Source: an uncultured bacterium
GTDB lineage: Bacteria; Schekmanbacteria; GWA2-38-11; J061
Reading direction: 5' to 3'
Length of the DNA: 17,450 nt
NCBI GenBank assembly: GCA_964549305.1
Contig: CAZJVM010000050.1
Span: 1 to 17,450, forward strand
Positions 1 through 9,436 of this stretch are shown here, piece after piece. Position numbers and translations under genes: made by a program. Within the stretch, counting starts at the first letter, position 1, and every line of letters begins with the position of its first letter. The notes under the pieces are model-generated. The model saw only the letters and a list, made by a program, of their open reading frames with translations. It made no database searches and was not told the DNA's origin.

Positions 1-2
1 AA

Positions 3-494
3 ACACCGGAACAGGCAATTGCAGAAGGCGGGATGGTAATCGGGATTTCAAGCGCGGTAGGGCTTCTTTCATATGCCCTCTGGGGTTATTTGGCGGAGAA
101 GGTGGGACGCCTTCCCACCCTTGCATTCGGACTTTTTTCAAGCGGTGTTGCCTATATGCTTATCGGATTGATTGACAATCCCTTTTCAAAACCTTTTCTC
201 GTCTGCACACTTCTGTGCGCGTTGGGAATACATTCCGAAGGTGTGGGGGCGATGACTCTTACTTCCGACCTTGCGCCGCGCGAATTGATCGGTTCCATTC
301 TCGGCGCCTATAACAGTTGCGGCGCGGTGGGAGTTATAATCTTTCTGCAGTTGGGAGGTTTTTTATTTGATTATGTGAGCAATACGCTTCCCTTTGTCTT
401 CACAGGCGCGGCGGATTTTTTCGTGTTTCTCTATGCCGTCATACGGTGGAATAAAATAAAGGGAGAGGAATTGACGGCAAGAGGGCTTGCCTAA
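3..494 (+). CDS. MFS transporter, C-terminal half (5'-truncated by window edge)
   Basis: The frame is open from position 3 (ACA CCG GAA CAG...), so ATG33 is probably internal. It has several hydrophobic helices, an MFS motif-A-like loop GYLAEKVGR, and the DLAP..LIGSILGAYN pattern typical of late MFS helices. Confidence 0.85.
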   Translation, partial: TPEQAIAEGGMVIGISSAVGLLSYALWGYLAEKVGRLPTLAFGLFSSGVAYMLIGLIDNPFSKPFLVCTLLCALGIHSEGVGAMTLTSDLAPRELIGSILGAYNSCGAVGVIIFLQLGGFLFDYVSNTLPFVFTGAADFFVFLYAVIRWNKIKGEELTARGLA

Positions 495-505
495 AATTCC
501 GAATG

Positions 506-1090
506 TCAGGATTTAAGGCCGTGAAAATATTCGCTTCCTGCTCCGGGAAATATTTTTCTTTCTGATGTCTTCGTTTTACTTGAAACTACCGGCCATTTTC
601 CCTTTTGCGGCAAATCTCCCTCCTTTGTTATTGTGGAAGGCGTTTTGTCTGCCATCTGAGGATTTTTTCGCACATCTATGTCTTTTACATTGTGGCTGAA
701 TTCAATGGGTATTCCGTTAGGGTCGAATGCATAGATTGAGTGAATGAAACCGTGGTCTATGACTTCCGAAACCTCAAAACCGGCGGCAGAAAGTTTATCT
801 TTTAAGTCCCACAGGTCATCTTCGCTTTCCACTCCGAATGATACGTGATCAAAAATAAAGGGACCTTTTACCGGGGCGCCGTGGTCCTTTTCTTTAACAG
901 GTGTCACGCCATCCCATTCAAAGAAAGCTATGAGGTCAGTTTCAGATATTTCAAAAAAATAGTGCCTGTATCCCGGTTTTCCAAGTCCCGCAACAAGTCT
1001 CATTCCAAGTAAATCTCTCCAGAATCTTATTGTCCCGTCCATATCACCCGTTGCCATAGCAAGATGGTTTATACCGTTAAATTTAACCAT
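506..1090 (-). CDS. VOC family (glyoxalase/bleomycin resistance/dioxygenase) protein
   Basis: GINHLAM...RFWRDLLGM, AFFEW, DHVSF and SIYAFDPNGIPIEF give the His/Glu/His/Glu metal-ligand pattern of paired beta-alpha-beta-beta-beta units. GGAGG SD lies upstream of ATG1090 on the minus strand. Confidence 0.9.
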   Translation of the reverse strand: MVKFNGINHLAMATGDMDGTIRFWRDLLGMRLVAGLGKPGYRHYFFEISETDLIAFFEWDGVTPVKEKDHGAPVKGPFIFDHVSFGVESEDDLWDLKDKLSAAGFEVSEVIDHGFIHSIYAFDPNGIPIEFSHNVKDIDVRKNPQMADKTPSTITKEGDLPQKGKWPVVSSKTKTSERKIFPGAGSEYFHGLKS

Positions 1091-1119
1091 TTATAACCCT
1101 CCGGCATTAAAGATAGAAT

Positions 1120-2433
1120 CTAATATTTTTTGCTGAGGAAGCGGGGATATCGTATTCCGCTTTTTACACACCTTGCAATCTGGTTGTCAACGATGTCCCA
1201 GTTTCTTTCGGGCGCCTTGTCTATGTTTTGAGGCGTTCTGTTCCAACCTCCCGGATAACTCAAAAACCCCGTTACCTGAACTAAGACGGAGAAGGAGATG
1301 AAAAGAATAAAAATTATTTTTACAGGTTTAGATGAGAGAAAACGTTCGGTGTAAAGCGCCGGAAAGATGCATAGCAATGGCACTATATCAAGAAGATAGC
1401 GGTAACCGAATGTGTGTCCCGCCCACCAGGCGCGGTAGAAACTGAATAAAAGTATGTAGAAAAGAGTTGATGCGGCGAGAAATTTGAACAAAGTTTTCCC
1501 CCTGTCCCTGAAGATAAATAAAAGTGAGATAAATGAAAAAATCAGTATGGGCGAATATGTGAGAATACCTCTGCTCGGGCCGAAAAGAAGCCCTGCAAGT
1601 CCCGGCAGAAAATTGCCTGTCCATATGGAAGTTATCCCCTTTGTAACGAGCATTTTCTTCTCGAGAAGCGCGTTTCCTCCGGCGAAACTGCCGAAATGAT
1701 AGAAATTGTAAGAAAAAAGCAGGACTGCCGCAACAGACGCGGGAATGATAAATTTTATGAGTTTTTCCCTGCGATTAAAGAGTATATAGAAAAAAACAGC
1801 CAAAGCAATCAGCGCAGTGGGCATTCTCGCCGAAACACAAATGGCAAGGCATAAAGATGGCGCGGCAAAACTTTTTCCGCTTTTTTCGTTTTTTAAAAGG
1901 AAGTAGATTCCCGCAAGCAGAAATAACTGGACTGTGCCGTGCTGCCATAATCCCTGAGACGAAACAGACCACGTTGATGTGGCAAAGGCGTAAATAAGTG
2001 TCCAGAGGAGGGCGTTGTCCTCATCTGTTAAGAGTTTCAATATGAGAAAAAGAAATATAGCCGACAACGCCGCAATTGCCGAGGCGGAAGTTTTTGCGAG
2101 TATATCGACGTTTTTTGCAGTAATTTTCATTCCCGAAAGAATAGCCGGCGCGTAAATAGGGGTGGAAATTAAGGAGACTGTGACGGGGTAGCTTGAATAC
2201 CAGTGCCCCTCTTCGGTTTTCTGAATAAAGAGATAGTCGTTGTTGCCCCTCATATTGTAAAGGAAGGGAAACTCGTCGAGGTCAAGGTCGAATTCGGTGA
2301 GAACGCTTATAGGCAGATATTTTGCGGGGATAGTGTCTCCCGCGCTGATTTCCCTCATATTGCAGTTGTAGACTATGAATATGAGCAAAAAAAGCAGAGG
2401 AGTTTTTTTTAGATATGAGAGGAATTTATTCAA
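1120..2433 (-). CDS. Polytopic membrane protein, probable GT-C fold glycosyltransferase (GT39/PMT_2-like)
   Basis: About 10 hydrophobic segments, an acidic first extracytoplasmic loop (GDTIPA...DLDLDEF), and the SQGLWQHG and WWAGHTFGYRYLLD motifs typical of lipid-linked-sugar GT-C enzymes. TTG start with no clear SD, so the start is uncertain. Confidence 0.7.
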   Translation of the reverse strand: MNKFLSYLKKTPLLFLLIFIVYNCNMREISAGDTIPAKYLPISVLTEFDLDLDEFPFLYNMRGNNDYLFIQKTEEGHWYSSYPVTVSLISTPIYAPAILSGMKITAKNVDILAKTSASAIAALSAIFLFLILKLLTDEDNALLWTLIYAFATSTWSVSSQGLWQHGTVQLFLLAGIYFLLKNEKSGKSFAAPSLCLAICVSARMPTALIALAVFFYILFNRREKLIKFIIPASVAAVLLFSYNFYHFGSFAGGNALLEKKMLVTKGITSIWTGNFLPGLAGLLFGPSRGILTYSPILIFSFISLLFIFRDRGKTLFKFLAASTLFYILLFSFYRAWWAGHTFGYRYLLDIVPLLCIFPALYTERFLSSKPVKIIFILFISFSVLVQVTGFLSYPGGWNRTPQNIDKAPERNWDIVDNQIARCVKSGIRYPRFLSKKY

Positions 2434-2567
2434 TCTTAACCGGTTTTTAAGTTAAAATAACTTGCCCTTTTTTGAATAAAGTCAGTTATCATAGAGGTAT
2501 AAATTAAGATTACTCTTATAGTTTTTAACCATTGTAACTTGTTCAATCTTGTAAAGGAATAGGAAAT

Positions 2568-3731
2568 TTGAAAATTCTTTTTGCCGTGCCTCACTATTCA
2601 TACAATATTGTAGGGGCAATAAGACCCCTGTTGAAAGACCTTGCAAAGGAACTTTCAAAAAAAGGGCATAGCGCCGATGTGCTCAGTCTTTACGTGGATA
2701 AATTCTGGTATCCTGAATGGAAGAAGGAAACCTTTTATGATGAAGGGGTTAAGGTTACAAGATGGCCGTCATTCAATCCATTGCCAAGAGGAAAGGGGAC
2801 AAGAAGCAACATCCTGAATTTTGTCAAATGCGGCGCGGTGCCTTCTCTCTCATTCAGGAAATTGATGAAGGAGTATGACCTTATAAATTTTTTCGATATG
2901 ATTGATTTAACTTTCCCTTTCTTTTCTCTTTTTCTTGATGTTCCAAAAGTCCACTGCTGTATTACGCTAACCGAGCAATATGATTTTTTCAGAAAAAGGC
3001 CCTTATGGAGATATGTGCTTTCCGGGACAAGCGATTACTATCTTGCCTCGGCAAAACACTCGCTGGGACTTTTAAGGAATCTGGGAATTCCCGAAGAGAA
3101 GAGCGATTATCTGTATCACGGCGTAAAAACCGATTTTTACAAACCCAGCACAGAAGAAAGAAAGAGAAATACCATTATTTTCCTCTCGCGCATCGAACCG
3201 CGAAAGGGGTTGACTTCATTGGTTGAGGCAATGTCCCTTGTGAAAACGAAATCAACTCTGATTATCGCCGGGCAGGCGGGAGACGAGAAATATTTCGAAG
3301 AAGTGATGTCCCTCGTCGAAAAGGAAAATTCAAGGGGATACCATAAAATCGAATACGCGGGCATTCCCGATGACGAGGAAAAAGTAAGGCTTTTCCGCTC
3401 TTCGACGGTTTTTGTTCTGCCTTCGATTTTCGAAGATTACGGAATAGTAAATCTCGAGGCGCTTTCCTGCGAGACTCCCGTAATCGCCACGCGCGTTGGA
3501 GGAGTGCCCGAGATAGTAAGGGACGGAGAGAACGGACTTCTCGTAAAACCGGGAGATGTGTCTGAACTTGCATTTGCCATTGACAAAATTTTGGAAAATT
3601 ATGAACTTGGAAGAAAAATGGGAGAAAAGGGCAGAAGAATTGTGCTCGATGAGTTTTCATGGGAGAGCATCATTGGCAGACTTGAAAAAATTTACATTTC
3701 CGTAATTGAAAAAAGTGAGAAAGGAGAATGA
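2568..3731 (+). CDS. Glycosyltransferase family 4 (GT-B fold)
   Basis: MKILF N-terminus, RIEPRKG, E-x7-E motif EDYGIVNLE, PVIATRVGGVPEIVRDGENGLLV, FSWE. TTG start preceded by AAGGA/AGGA. Confidence 0.93.
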   Translation: MKILFAVPHYSYNIVGAIRPLLKDLAKELSKKGHSADVLSLYVDKFWYPEWKKETFYDEGVKVTRWPSFNPLPRGKGTRSNILNFVKCGAVPSLSFRKLMKEYDLINFFDMIDLTFPFFSLFLDVPKVHCCITLTEQYDFFRKRPLWRYVLSGTSDYYLASAKHSLGLLRNLGIPEEKSDYLYHGVKTDFYKPSTEERKRNTIIFLSRIEPRKGLTSLVEAMSLVKTKSTLIIAGQAGDEKYFEEVMSLVEKENSRGYHKIEYAGIPDDEEKVRLFRSSTVFVLPSIFEDYGIVNLEALSCETPVIATRVGGVPEIVRDGENGLLVKPGDVSELAFAIDKILENYELGRKMGEKGRRIVLDEFSWESIIGRLEKIYISVIEKSEKGE

Positions 3732-3732
3732 A

Positions 3733-4188
3733 ATGGAATTTTTGGAAAAACAAAAGGAAATTCTGCTTGAAAGGTTTGCGCTCGCTCTGCCCGAACTTTA
3801 TGAAAACCTGAAAAAAGCCCTGGGAGAAGAGGAGGGAAAAGCGGTTTTTAAAAAAGTTACAGAGGAGAAGTTTAAAAAAAGTTATGAAAAGATAAAGAAT
3901 ATGACGCTCGACGATATGATGTCTGGTGAGGAAAAATCGGCAAAAATATTTGAATGGGAGTTGAGGTTGGAGGAGAAAACAGAGGACGGAGAAAAAGTTT
4001 GGTACGAATATCTGGGCAACTGCCCTCATCTCAGCGCGACAACTAAGTATGGTATGCCGTCACCTTGTTTTCCCGTCTGTTACAATGATTTCGAACTTCT
4101 GGAGAAATACGGAATATTGAAGGCGGAAGAGACTGCCCACGTTTTAAAGGGCGCGGAAAAGTGCTGTTTCAGAATAAGGGCTAAGTAA
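3733..4188 (+). CDS. L-2-amino-thiazoline-4-carboxylic acid hydrolase-like / V4R-like Cys-rich protein
   Basis: C-terminal pattern CP...YG...C...C..D...G...G.EKCCF. The start is moved from 3706 to ATG3733 because AAGGAG (3721-3726) precedes it and the GT4 stop ends at 3731. Confidence 0.65.
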   Translation: MEFLEKQKEILLERFALALPELYENLKKALGEEEGKAVFKKVTEEKFKKSYEKIKNMTLDDMMSGEEKSAKIFEWELRLEEKTEDGEKVWYEYLGNCPHLSATTKYGMPSPCFPVCYNDFELLEKYGILKAEETAHVLKGAEKCCFRIRAK

Positions 4189-4221
4189 AAATGCGCAATC
4201 GGTTTTTGAGGCGGATATTCT

Positions 4222-7200
4222 CTATTTCAGCGATTCGATATTAACGATGGAGTGAAAGAGAAAGTGAATCTTTTCCCTTGAAAAAGGTTTTTGTATGTAA
4301 CTGTTTCCGATTATATTTATGAGTCGCGCTGTTTCCTTTGCAGGAGTTTCGCTTCCCGTAAACATTAAAAATTTACCGATATCATCTCTGATTTTAACTG
4401 CTTCTCTGTAGAAGTCTTTTGCGGTGATGTTTTTAATGTCCAAATCAAATAATACGAGATGAAAATATTCATTTTTAATTCTTTCGAGCGCCCCTTTCAG
4501 TGAAGTCTCGAATGTAGGTTTTACGGAATGGCGCGCCTTGAAATTCGCAAAAACATTGTCATCGGAAATAACGAGAATCAGTGCCGTCGCCGGCATTACA
4601 GTTTCTCCTTTCCTTATAATCTCCGGCGCTTTTTTCCTGTCTGAATATTCCGCGCTTTCAGGCACTGGCAGATAGATTTGGGTTTTTGTTCCCCTGCCTT
4701 CTTCGCTTGTAACGATTATTTCCCCTCCATGCTCTTTTACTATGGAGTGTGTAATCGAAAGCCCGAGTCCGATGCTGTCTTTTGCCTCGCTCAACGAGAA
4801 GAACGGGTCAAATATTTTTTTGATTATCTGCCGGTCGATTCCCGTGCCTTCGTCCTTGAAAAGAATACTGATTGCATCGGACGCATTTCCGTTTCTTTCC
4901 CGCATTGGTGTGTTTTCTTCCACGCAGGTGCTGATTGTAATTGTGCCCGTGGGGTTGTGTTTTGTCATGTTTTGATATGAATTTTTCAGTATGTTGATAA
5001 ATACCTGAAGAAGACGGTTTGCGTCCGCGTAGATTATAGGTATGGAATCAGGTAATGATTTTTCAAGTTTTATATTATGATTCTTAAATCCATAGGCGAC
5101 CATTTTTTCCGCCTGATTCAGAAGGTCGTTTATATTGACCGGTTTTTTCTCCTCCGCTTTCTGTTTTGAAAATACCATAAGGTCTTTAACGATAGAAGAC
5201 GCGCGGTTTGCCTGAGCATTGATAAGTTGTATTTTTTCGGAATGTTTTTCGTCGAGTTTTTCCTTAAGGAGAAGTTCGGAAAAACCTGCTATTCCCGTCA
5301 AAGGATTGTTCAATTCGTGAGCGATTCCCGCAACCATAGTGCCGAGACTGGAAAGTTTCTCCGCTTGAAGTATTTTGTCTTCAAGGAGTTTTTTTTCTGA
5401 AATATCGGCATAAACCCCCAATGCAGCGTAGATATTTCCCTTGTCATCTTTGAAGGGAATTGCGTTCATACGGAGCGATTTCCTGATTTTTCCGTCTATC
5501 AGAACTGACCCATCATAATTTTTCGTAGTTATCCCATATTTCATGGCGAGATAGAGTGGAAGTTGTTTAAGCGTTATGACCTCCCCGTCGCTGTTATAAA
5601 AGAGAAACCTGTTTATAAAACTTTCTTTACTGAAGGGTTGCCTTCCCTTCCTTATTTCAAAAAGTTCTTCCGTTGCCCTGTTCATTTTTAGAATCGAACC
5701 TTTGTTGTCTATGAGTATGAGGGCATCCTGAAAACTGACGAATATATTGTTAAGTTCTTCTGCCTGAGTACGCAGTTGTTCTTCAACTTTCTTTAGAGAT
5801 GTTATGTCCTTGAAAATCGAAACAACACCCTCGAGGTTTCCCTTTTTGTCCTTCAGGGGAAGAATGTGAATAAGAAGGTATTGTTTCCTTCCGTCCTTGT
5901 AATTAAAAACAATTTCTTCGTTTTTAACGGGGATTCCCGTTTTGTAAACTCTTGAAATGGGCAAGTCGTCAAATGCTATGGGCGTGCCGTCATATCTCGT
6001 TATTTTAGAAACGGCATTTTTCAGGAAATTTATTCTCCTATTCCAGTCTTGATTGTCCAAATCAACACCGAGTATTTTTGAAGCGGAAGGACTGAATCGC
6101 GTTATCCTCTGCTCATTATCCATAAAAAGCATTCCGTCGGGCATATTTTCAAATACGGTGGAGATTTCTTCCGACTGTTTTCTGATTCTATCTTCATATT
6201 CCTTTGATTTCGTTATATCGTTAAAAATTAGCACTACTCCTTCAATTTGATTGTCACTATTTGTAAGAGGGACTGCATTTTCCAGAATGTGCATCCTCTT
6301 CCCGTTTTTGTGTTCAACAATTAGTTCAAAATTTGTTGTGGCAATTCCTTTTTTGAATGCCTTTGCGACAGGAAGTGATGCATAGGGAATAGGTTTGCCA
6401 TTTGGAAACAGCAACCTCAAATTTCTATTTTGTATGAACTCTGCTCTCTTCTTTATTGAAAAATTGCCATAATGTTCTTTAATTAAATTTCGTGCCGATT
6501 GGCTTGATTTTACGATATTTTCTTCTGCATCAAAAAGAATCATTCCAACGGGAGAATTTTCAAACATTGTGTTTAGAAGTGATGCTTGCTTTAAAATTGT
6601 TTTTTCCGCCCCTTTCAATTTAGTTATGTCAGTTGCAATATGGACATAACATTCCTTTTCAAACGAAAAACTGCCTATAGGAGACATTGAGATTATGAAT
6701 GTGCGGTCTGTAGAAGCATCATAGTGTTCAAAAATTGAAGGTTGTTGAGTGGATGTCTCAGCTCTGTGCCGGCATTTTTCTTTGTCATTTTTCTTGTTGC
6801 AGAAGATTTCGTGACATTTTTTCTCCGAATAATCTTTTTCATGGTCAAGATAGTTTTTTCTGAAAGATTCATTGCATTTTATTATATTGTTTTCGCTGTC
6901 TGTAATAAAAATATAATCGGAAGTTGAGTTGAATGTACTTTCCCATTCGGCATTTGCGAGCGAAAGTTCGCTGAGAAGTTTGAGATTTTCAAGATATGAA
7001 GAAATATAACTTTGTACATTATTCATAAAATCAATATCATCTTTGCAAAAGGCATTTTTTCCCCTTGCACCGAGCGAAATACATCCCGTTAAGTTTCCTT
7101 TTGAAATTAAGGGTATGTAAAGGACAGTCTTTAATTTTGCACCGGAAATAAATTTGTCTTCCCTGTATTTCTGTTTCTTCGGGTCAATATTTCTTATAAT

Positions 7201-9435
7201 CGGTTTCTCATTCCTGATTATTTTCATTATGGAAGATTCTTTCAATCCTATTTTCATTGCATTTACAGATGAGAATTTCTCGGTATAGACGTTAAGAGAA
7301 TAAATTGATTCAAGATTTTCGGTTTTTTTGTCAAAAATCCAGACTTTCCCGCTTTCATAAGGAATGACTGTGCGTATCTCTTCCCCGATTCTTTCAAATA
7401 TCCTTTGGGAAGATTCTTTAGTGTTAACAATATGTGCTATTCTGCTTAGTGTTTTGAATTTTTTTCCTTCTCTCTTGTAGTTTATGCTCGTATCCTTTAA
7501 CTCCAATTCCGTTTTCTTAATATCGGTGATATCCTTAATCTGAAAGATTGCTTCCTCGCATCCATTTTTTCTTTTTGACTTAACGGGGTCAATGAGTATG
7601 TTAAAAAATTTGTTTCCTGTTATTGATTGCGAAACCGTCCTTACTGGTTGGTTCTCATCGAATGTCAGTTCTTTAAAGCTTTCGGCATAGGGGATATCGA
7701 GATAGGTTAGAAATGAGTTAATGTCCGGAACACCATTTTTTGAAAGGGCAATTTTCTTTAATAGTTTTTTTGCCGCGCTGTTTAACCGTGTAATATTCCC
7801 CTGTCTGTCAATAATGAGCATATAGTCGCTTATTGAGTCAAAAGTGGTTTCCCAGTTTTGCTTTTCCCGCAGAGATTCATTCTTTAGAATGAGATTTTCA
7901 AGTGAAATGGAGAAGTTTTCGGCAATGGACGCAAACCCTTCCATATCCGCATTGTCAAAAACATTCACGTTTTTGCTCAAAATTGAAATGAAACCCAGAG
8001 TTCGTGAGGGCAGGACAAGGGGAAAAATCAATGCCGATAAAAGTTTTTTTTCTCTTGGGATAGTTTCATCGAAAAAACTTTTTCCGGGGTGCGAATCCAT
8101 TGTAATGCATCTTTTATTCGAGGAAAGAAGACTGATGACCTTCTTGTGCCTTTCCTTGTCAAAATAATCGTTGGGACCTGTCAGTTTTTCATCGTTTCCG
8201 GCCTGAAAGTAAATAGTCAGTTTTGAGAAGTTTTCGTCAAAGAGACCCACCTTAAAGGTGTCGAATTGCAGTTTCTTTCCGATTTCGGCAAACAGTTGTT
8301 TCACTGCCTCATTGCTATTTTTTGATTTCAGGGTTTTTTGAGTTACGGAGTTGCAAATTCTCGAAAAGAGATTTTGCTTCTTGAAAATATCGTCGGCTCT
8401 GAATCTTACCATTGAGGAGGTGACATCTTTAGCTATCATCTTCATAAACCATTCATCATCGTCGGTGTAAAAGTTTTCTTCTCCCTTCACGAGTACGAGA
8501 ACGCCTATTATTTTACCCTTAGATACGCACCCTATAATCATTTCCGAGGACATTCCTTCGTTGATTGTTGCCGCCCTGGCAAGTGCAAAGTCGCTTTTCT
8601 TTATGTCATCCACTCTAAAGACCTTTTTTCTTTTCAGGGTTTCCTTCATCTCTCCTATTGTCGTAGGCGCGTATAAATTGTTTTTCTTTATTAGTCCCTT
8701 TTTGTATGAGATGTAGAGGTTGACAATGAAATTTTCCGTGTCGTCATAGGTTGCAAAAACAAGGGAATCATAGGGGACTGCATTATGCAGTTTCTTTTCA
8801 AGCTTTTCCGCTAAATCATTTATGTTGCGGGAGTCGTTTATGATATGAATTACATCGCTCAGTGTTTTGAGCTTTACCGAATCATCTTCATAGCTTTTGT
8901 TTTTTTCAATAGTTTTGAGCGCTCTTTCACAGTGCGATGCGAGGGTTTTCCCGGTTTCAACTTCTTCATCCCCATAAGGTTTGTCATTCCTGAAAATCAC
9001 CATTATTGATGAAGGTTTGCCATTTAATCCGTTGATTATATAAGTCAGGAAGTGTTTATGGCCTGAAATGAGACTTATATCAGAGCACTTTGCTTCAATG
9101 AGATTTTTTCTGATGTCTTCGGATTTCAGGATTTTGTTCCTTCCTTTTTTTGAAAATTGCGGTTTGATTTCGCAACTACAATCCACCCATTTCTTTCCGC
9201 AGAGAATTCCGAGGGATTTAAAGGTATCCTTTTTTTTGTCTGCATTTAAAACGACTGCCGCGCCGGAGTGGGTGGATTCGAGAATATAGGATGCGCATTC
9301 TTTGAGAAGAGTCGGCTTTTTGTCAAAGGTCGTCAGTTTGAAAAGATAATCAGTTAAATTCACGTAATTGTTCGAAGAAATCCCTTTGATATCTTTTGGG
9401 GATTGATTTCTTTTACCTTTATCTGCCATTGCCAT
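4222..9435 (-). CDS. Cytoplasmic multi-sensor hybrid histidine kinase (about 4 GAF-like + 5 PAS, HisKA, HATPase, C-terminal receiver-like domain)
   Basis: H-box GIAHELNNPL (His codon 5317-5319), N-box QVFINILKN, G1 KDEGTGI, F-box IFDPFF, GLGLSI...HGG. Five PAS-terminal DIT/DIS motifs; GAF motifs such as YIPLISKGNLTGCISLG; receiver remnants SDD/FDLD/FTG/QKPF. No TM helix seen. The start may be ATG9429. Confidence 0.92.
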   Translation of the reverse strand: MAMADKGKRNQSPKDIKGISSNNYVNLTDYLFKLTTFDKKPTLLKECASYILESTHSGAAVVLNADKKKDTFKSLGILCGKKWVDCSCEIKPQFSKKGRNKILKSEDIRKNLIEAKCSDISLISGHKHFLTYIINGLNGKPSSIMVIFRNDKPYGDEEVETGKTLASHCERALKTIEKNKSYEDDSVKLKTLSDVIHIINDSRNINDLAEKLEKKLHNAVPYDSLVFATYDDTENFIVNLYISYKKGLIKKNNLYAPTTIGEMKETLKRKKVFRVDDIKKSDFALARAATINEGMSSEMIIGCVSKGKIIGVLVLVKGEENFYTDDDEWFMKMIAKDVTSSMVRFRADDIFKKQNLFSRICNSVTQKTLKSKNSNEAVKQLFAEIGKKLQFDTFKVGLFDENFSKLTIYFQAGNDEKLTGPNDYFDKERHKKVISLLSSNKRCITMDSHPGKSFFDETIPREKKLLSALIFPLVLPSRTLGFISILSKNVNVFDNADMEGFASIAENFSISLENLILKNESLREKQNWETTFDSISDYMLIIDRQGNITRLNSAAKKLLKKIALSKNGVPDINSFLTYLDIPYAESFKELTFDENQPVRTVSQSITGNKFFNILIDPVKSKRKNGCEEAIFQIKDITDIKKTELELKDTSINYKREGKKFKTLSRIAHIVNTKESSQRIFERIGEEIRTVIPYESGKVWIFDKKTENLESIYSLNVYTEKFSSVNAMKIGLKESSIMKIIRNEKPIIRNIDPKKQKYREDKFISGAKLKTVLYIPLISKGNLTGCISLGARGKNAFCKDDIDFMNNVQSYISSYLENLKLLSELSLANAEWESTFNSTSDYIFITDSENNIIKCNESFRKNYLDHEKDYSEKKCHEIFCNKKNDKEKCRHRAETSTQQPSIFEHYDASTDRTFIISMSPIGSFSFEKECYVHIATDITKLKGAEKTILKQASLLNTMFENSPVGMILFDAEENIVKSSQSARNLIKEHYGNFSIKKRAEFIQNRNLRLLFPNGKPIPYASLPVAKAFKKGIATTNFELIVEHKNGKRMHILENAVPLTNSDNQIEGVVLIFNDITKSKEYEDRIRKQSEEISTVFENMPDGMLFMDNEQRITRFSPSASKILGVDLDNQDWNRRINFLKNAVSKITRYDGTPIAFDDLPISRVYKTGIPVKNEEIVFNYKDGRKQYLLIHILPLKDKKGNLEGVVSIFKDITSLKKVEEQLRTQAEELNNIFVSFQDALILIDNKGSILKMNRATEELFEIRKGRQPFSKESFINRFLFYNSDGEVITLKQLPLYLAMKYGITTKNYDGSVLIDGKIRKSLRMNAIPFKDDKGNIYAALGVYADISEKKLLEDKILQAEKLSSLGTMVAGIAHELNNPLTGIAGFSELLLKEKLDEKHSEKIQLINAQANRASSIVKDLMVFSKQKAEEKKPVNINDLLNQAEKMVAYGFKNHNIKLEKSLPDSIPIIYADANRLLQVFINILKNSYQNMTKHNPTGTITISTCVEENTPMRERNGNASDAISILFKDEGTGIDRQIIKKIFDPFFSLSEAKDSIGLGLSITHSIVKEHGGEIIVTSEEGRGTKTQIYLPVPESAEYSDRKKAPEIIRKGETVMPATALILVISDDNVFANFKARHSVKPTFETSLKGALERIKNEYFHLVLFDLDIKNITAKDFYREAVKIRDDIGKFLMFTGSETPAKETARLINIIGNSYIQKPFSREKIHFLFHSIVNIESLK

Positions 9436-9436
9436 G

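Noticed and set aside
3706-3732. Longer start for the Cys-rich protein (also TTG14223 for Mut7-C and TTG14244 for pabB)
   Set aside because: Downstream ATGs fit better: 3733 and 14205 have well-spaced SDs, and 14289/14295 give a more typical PabB N-terminus.
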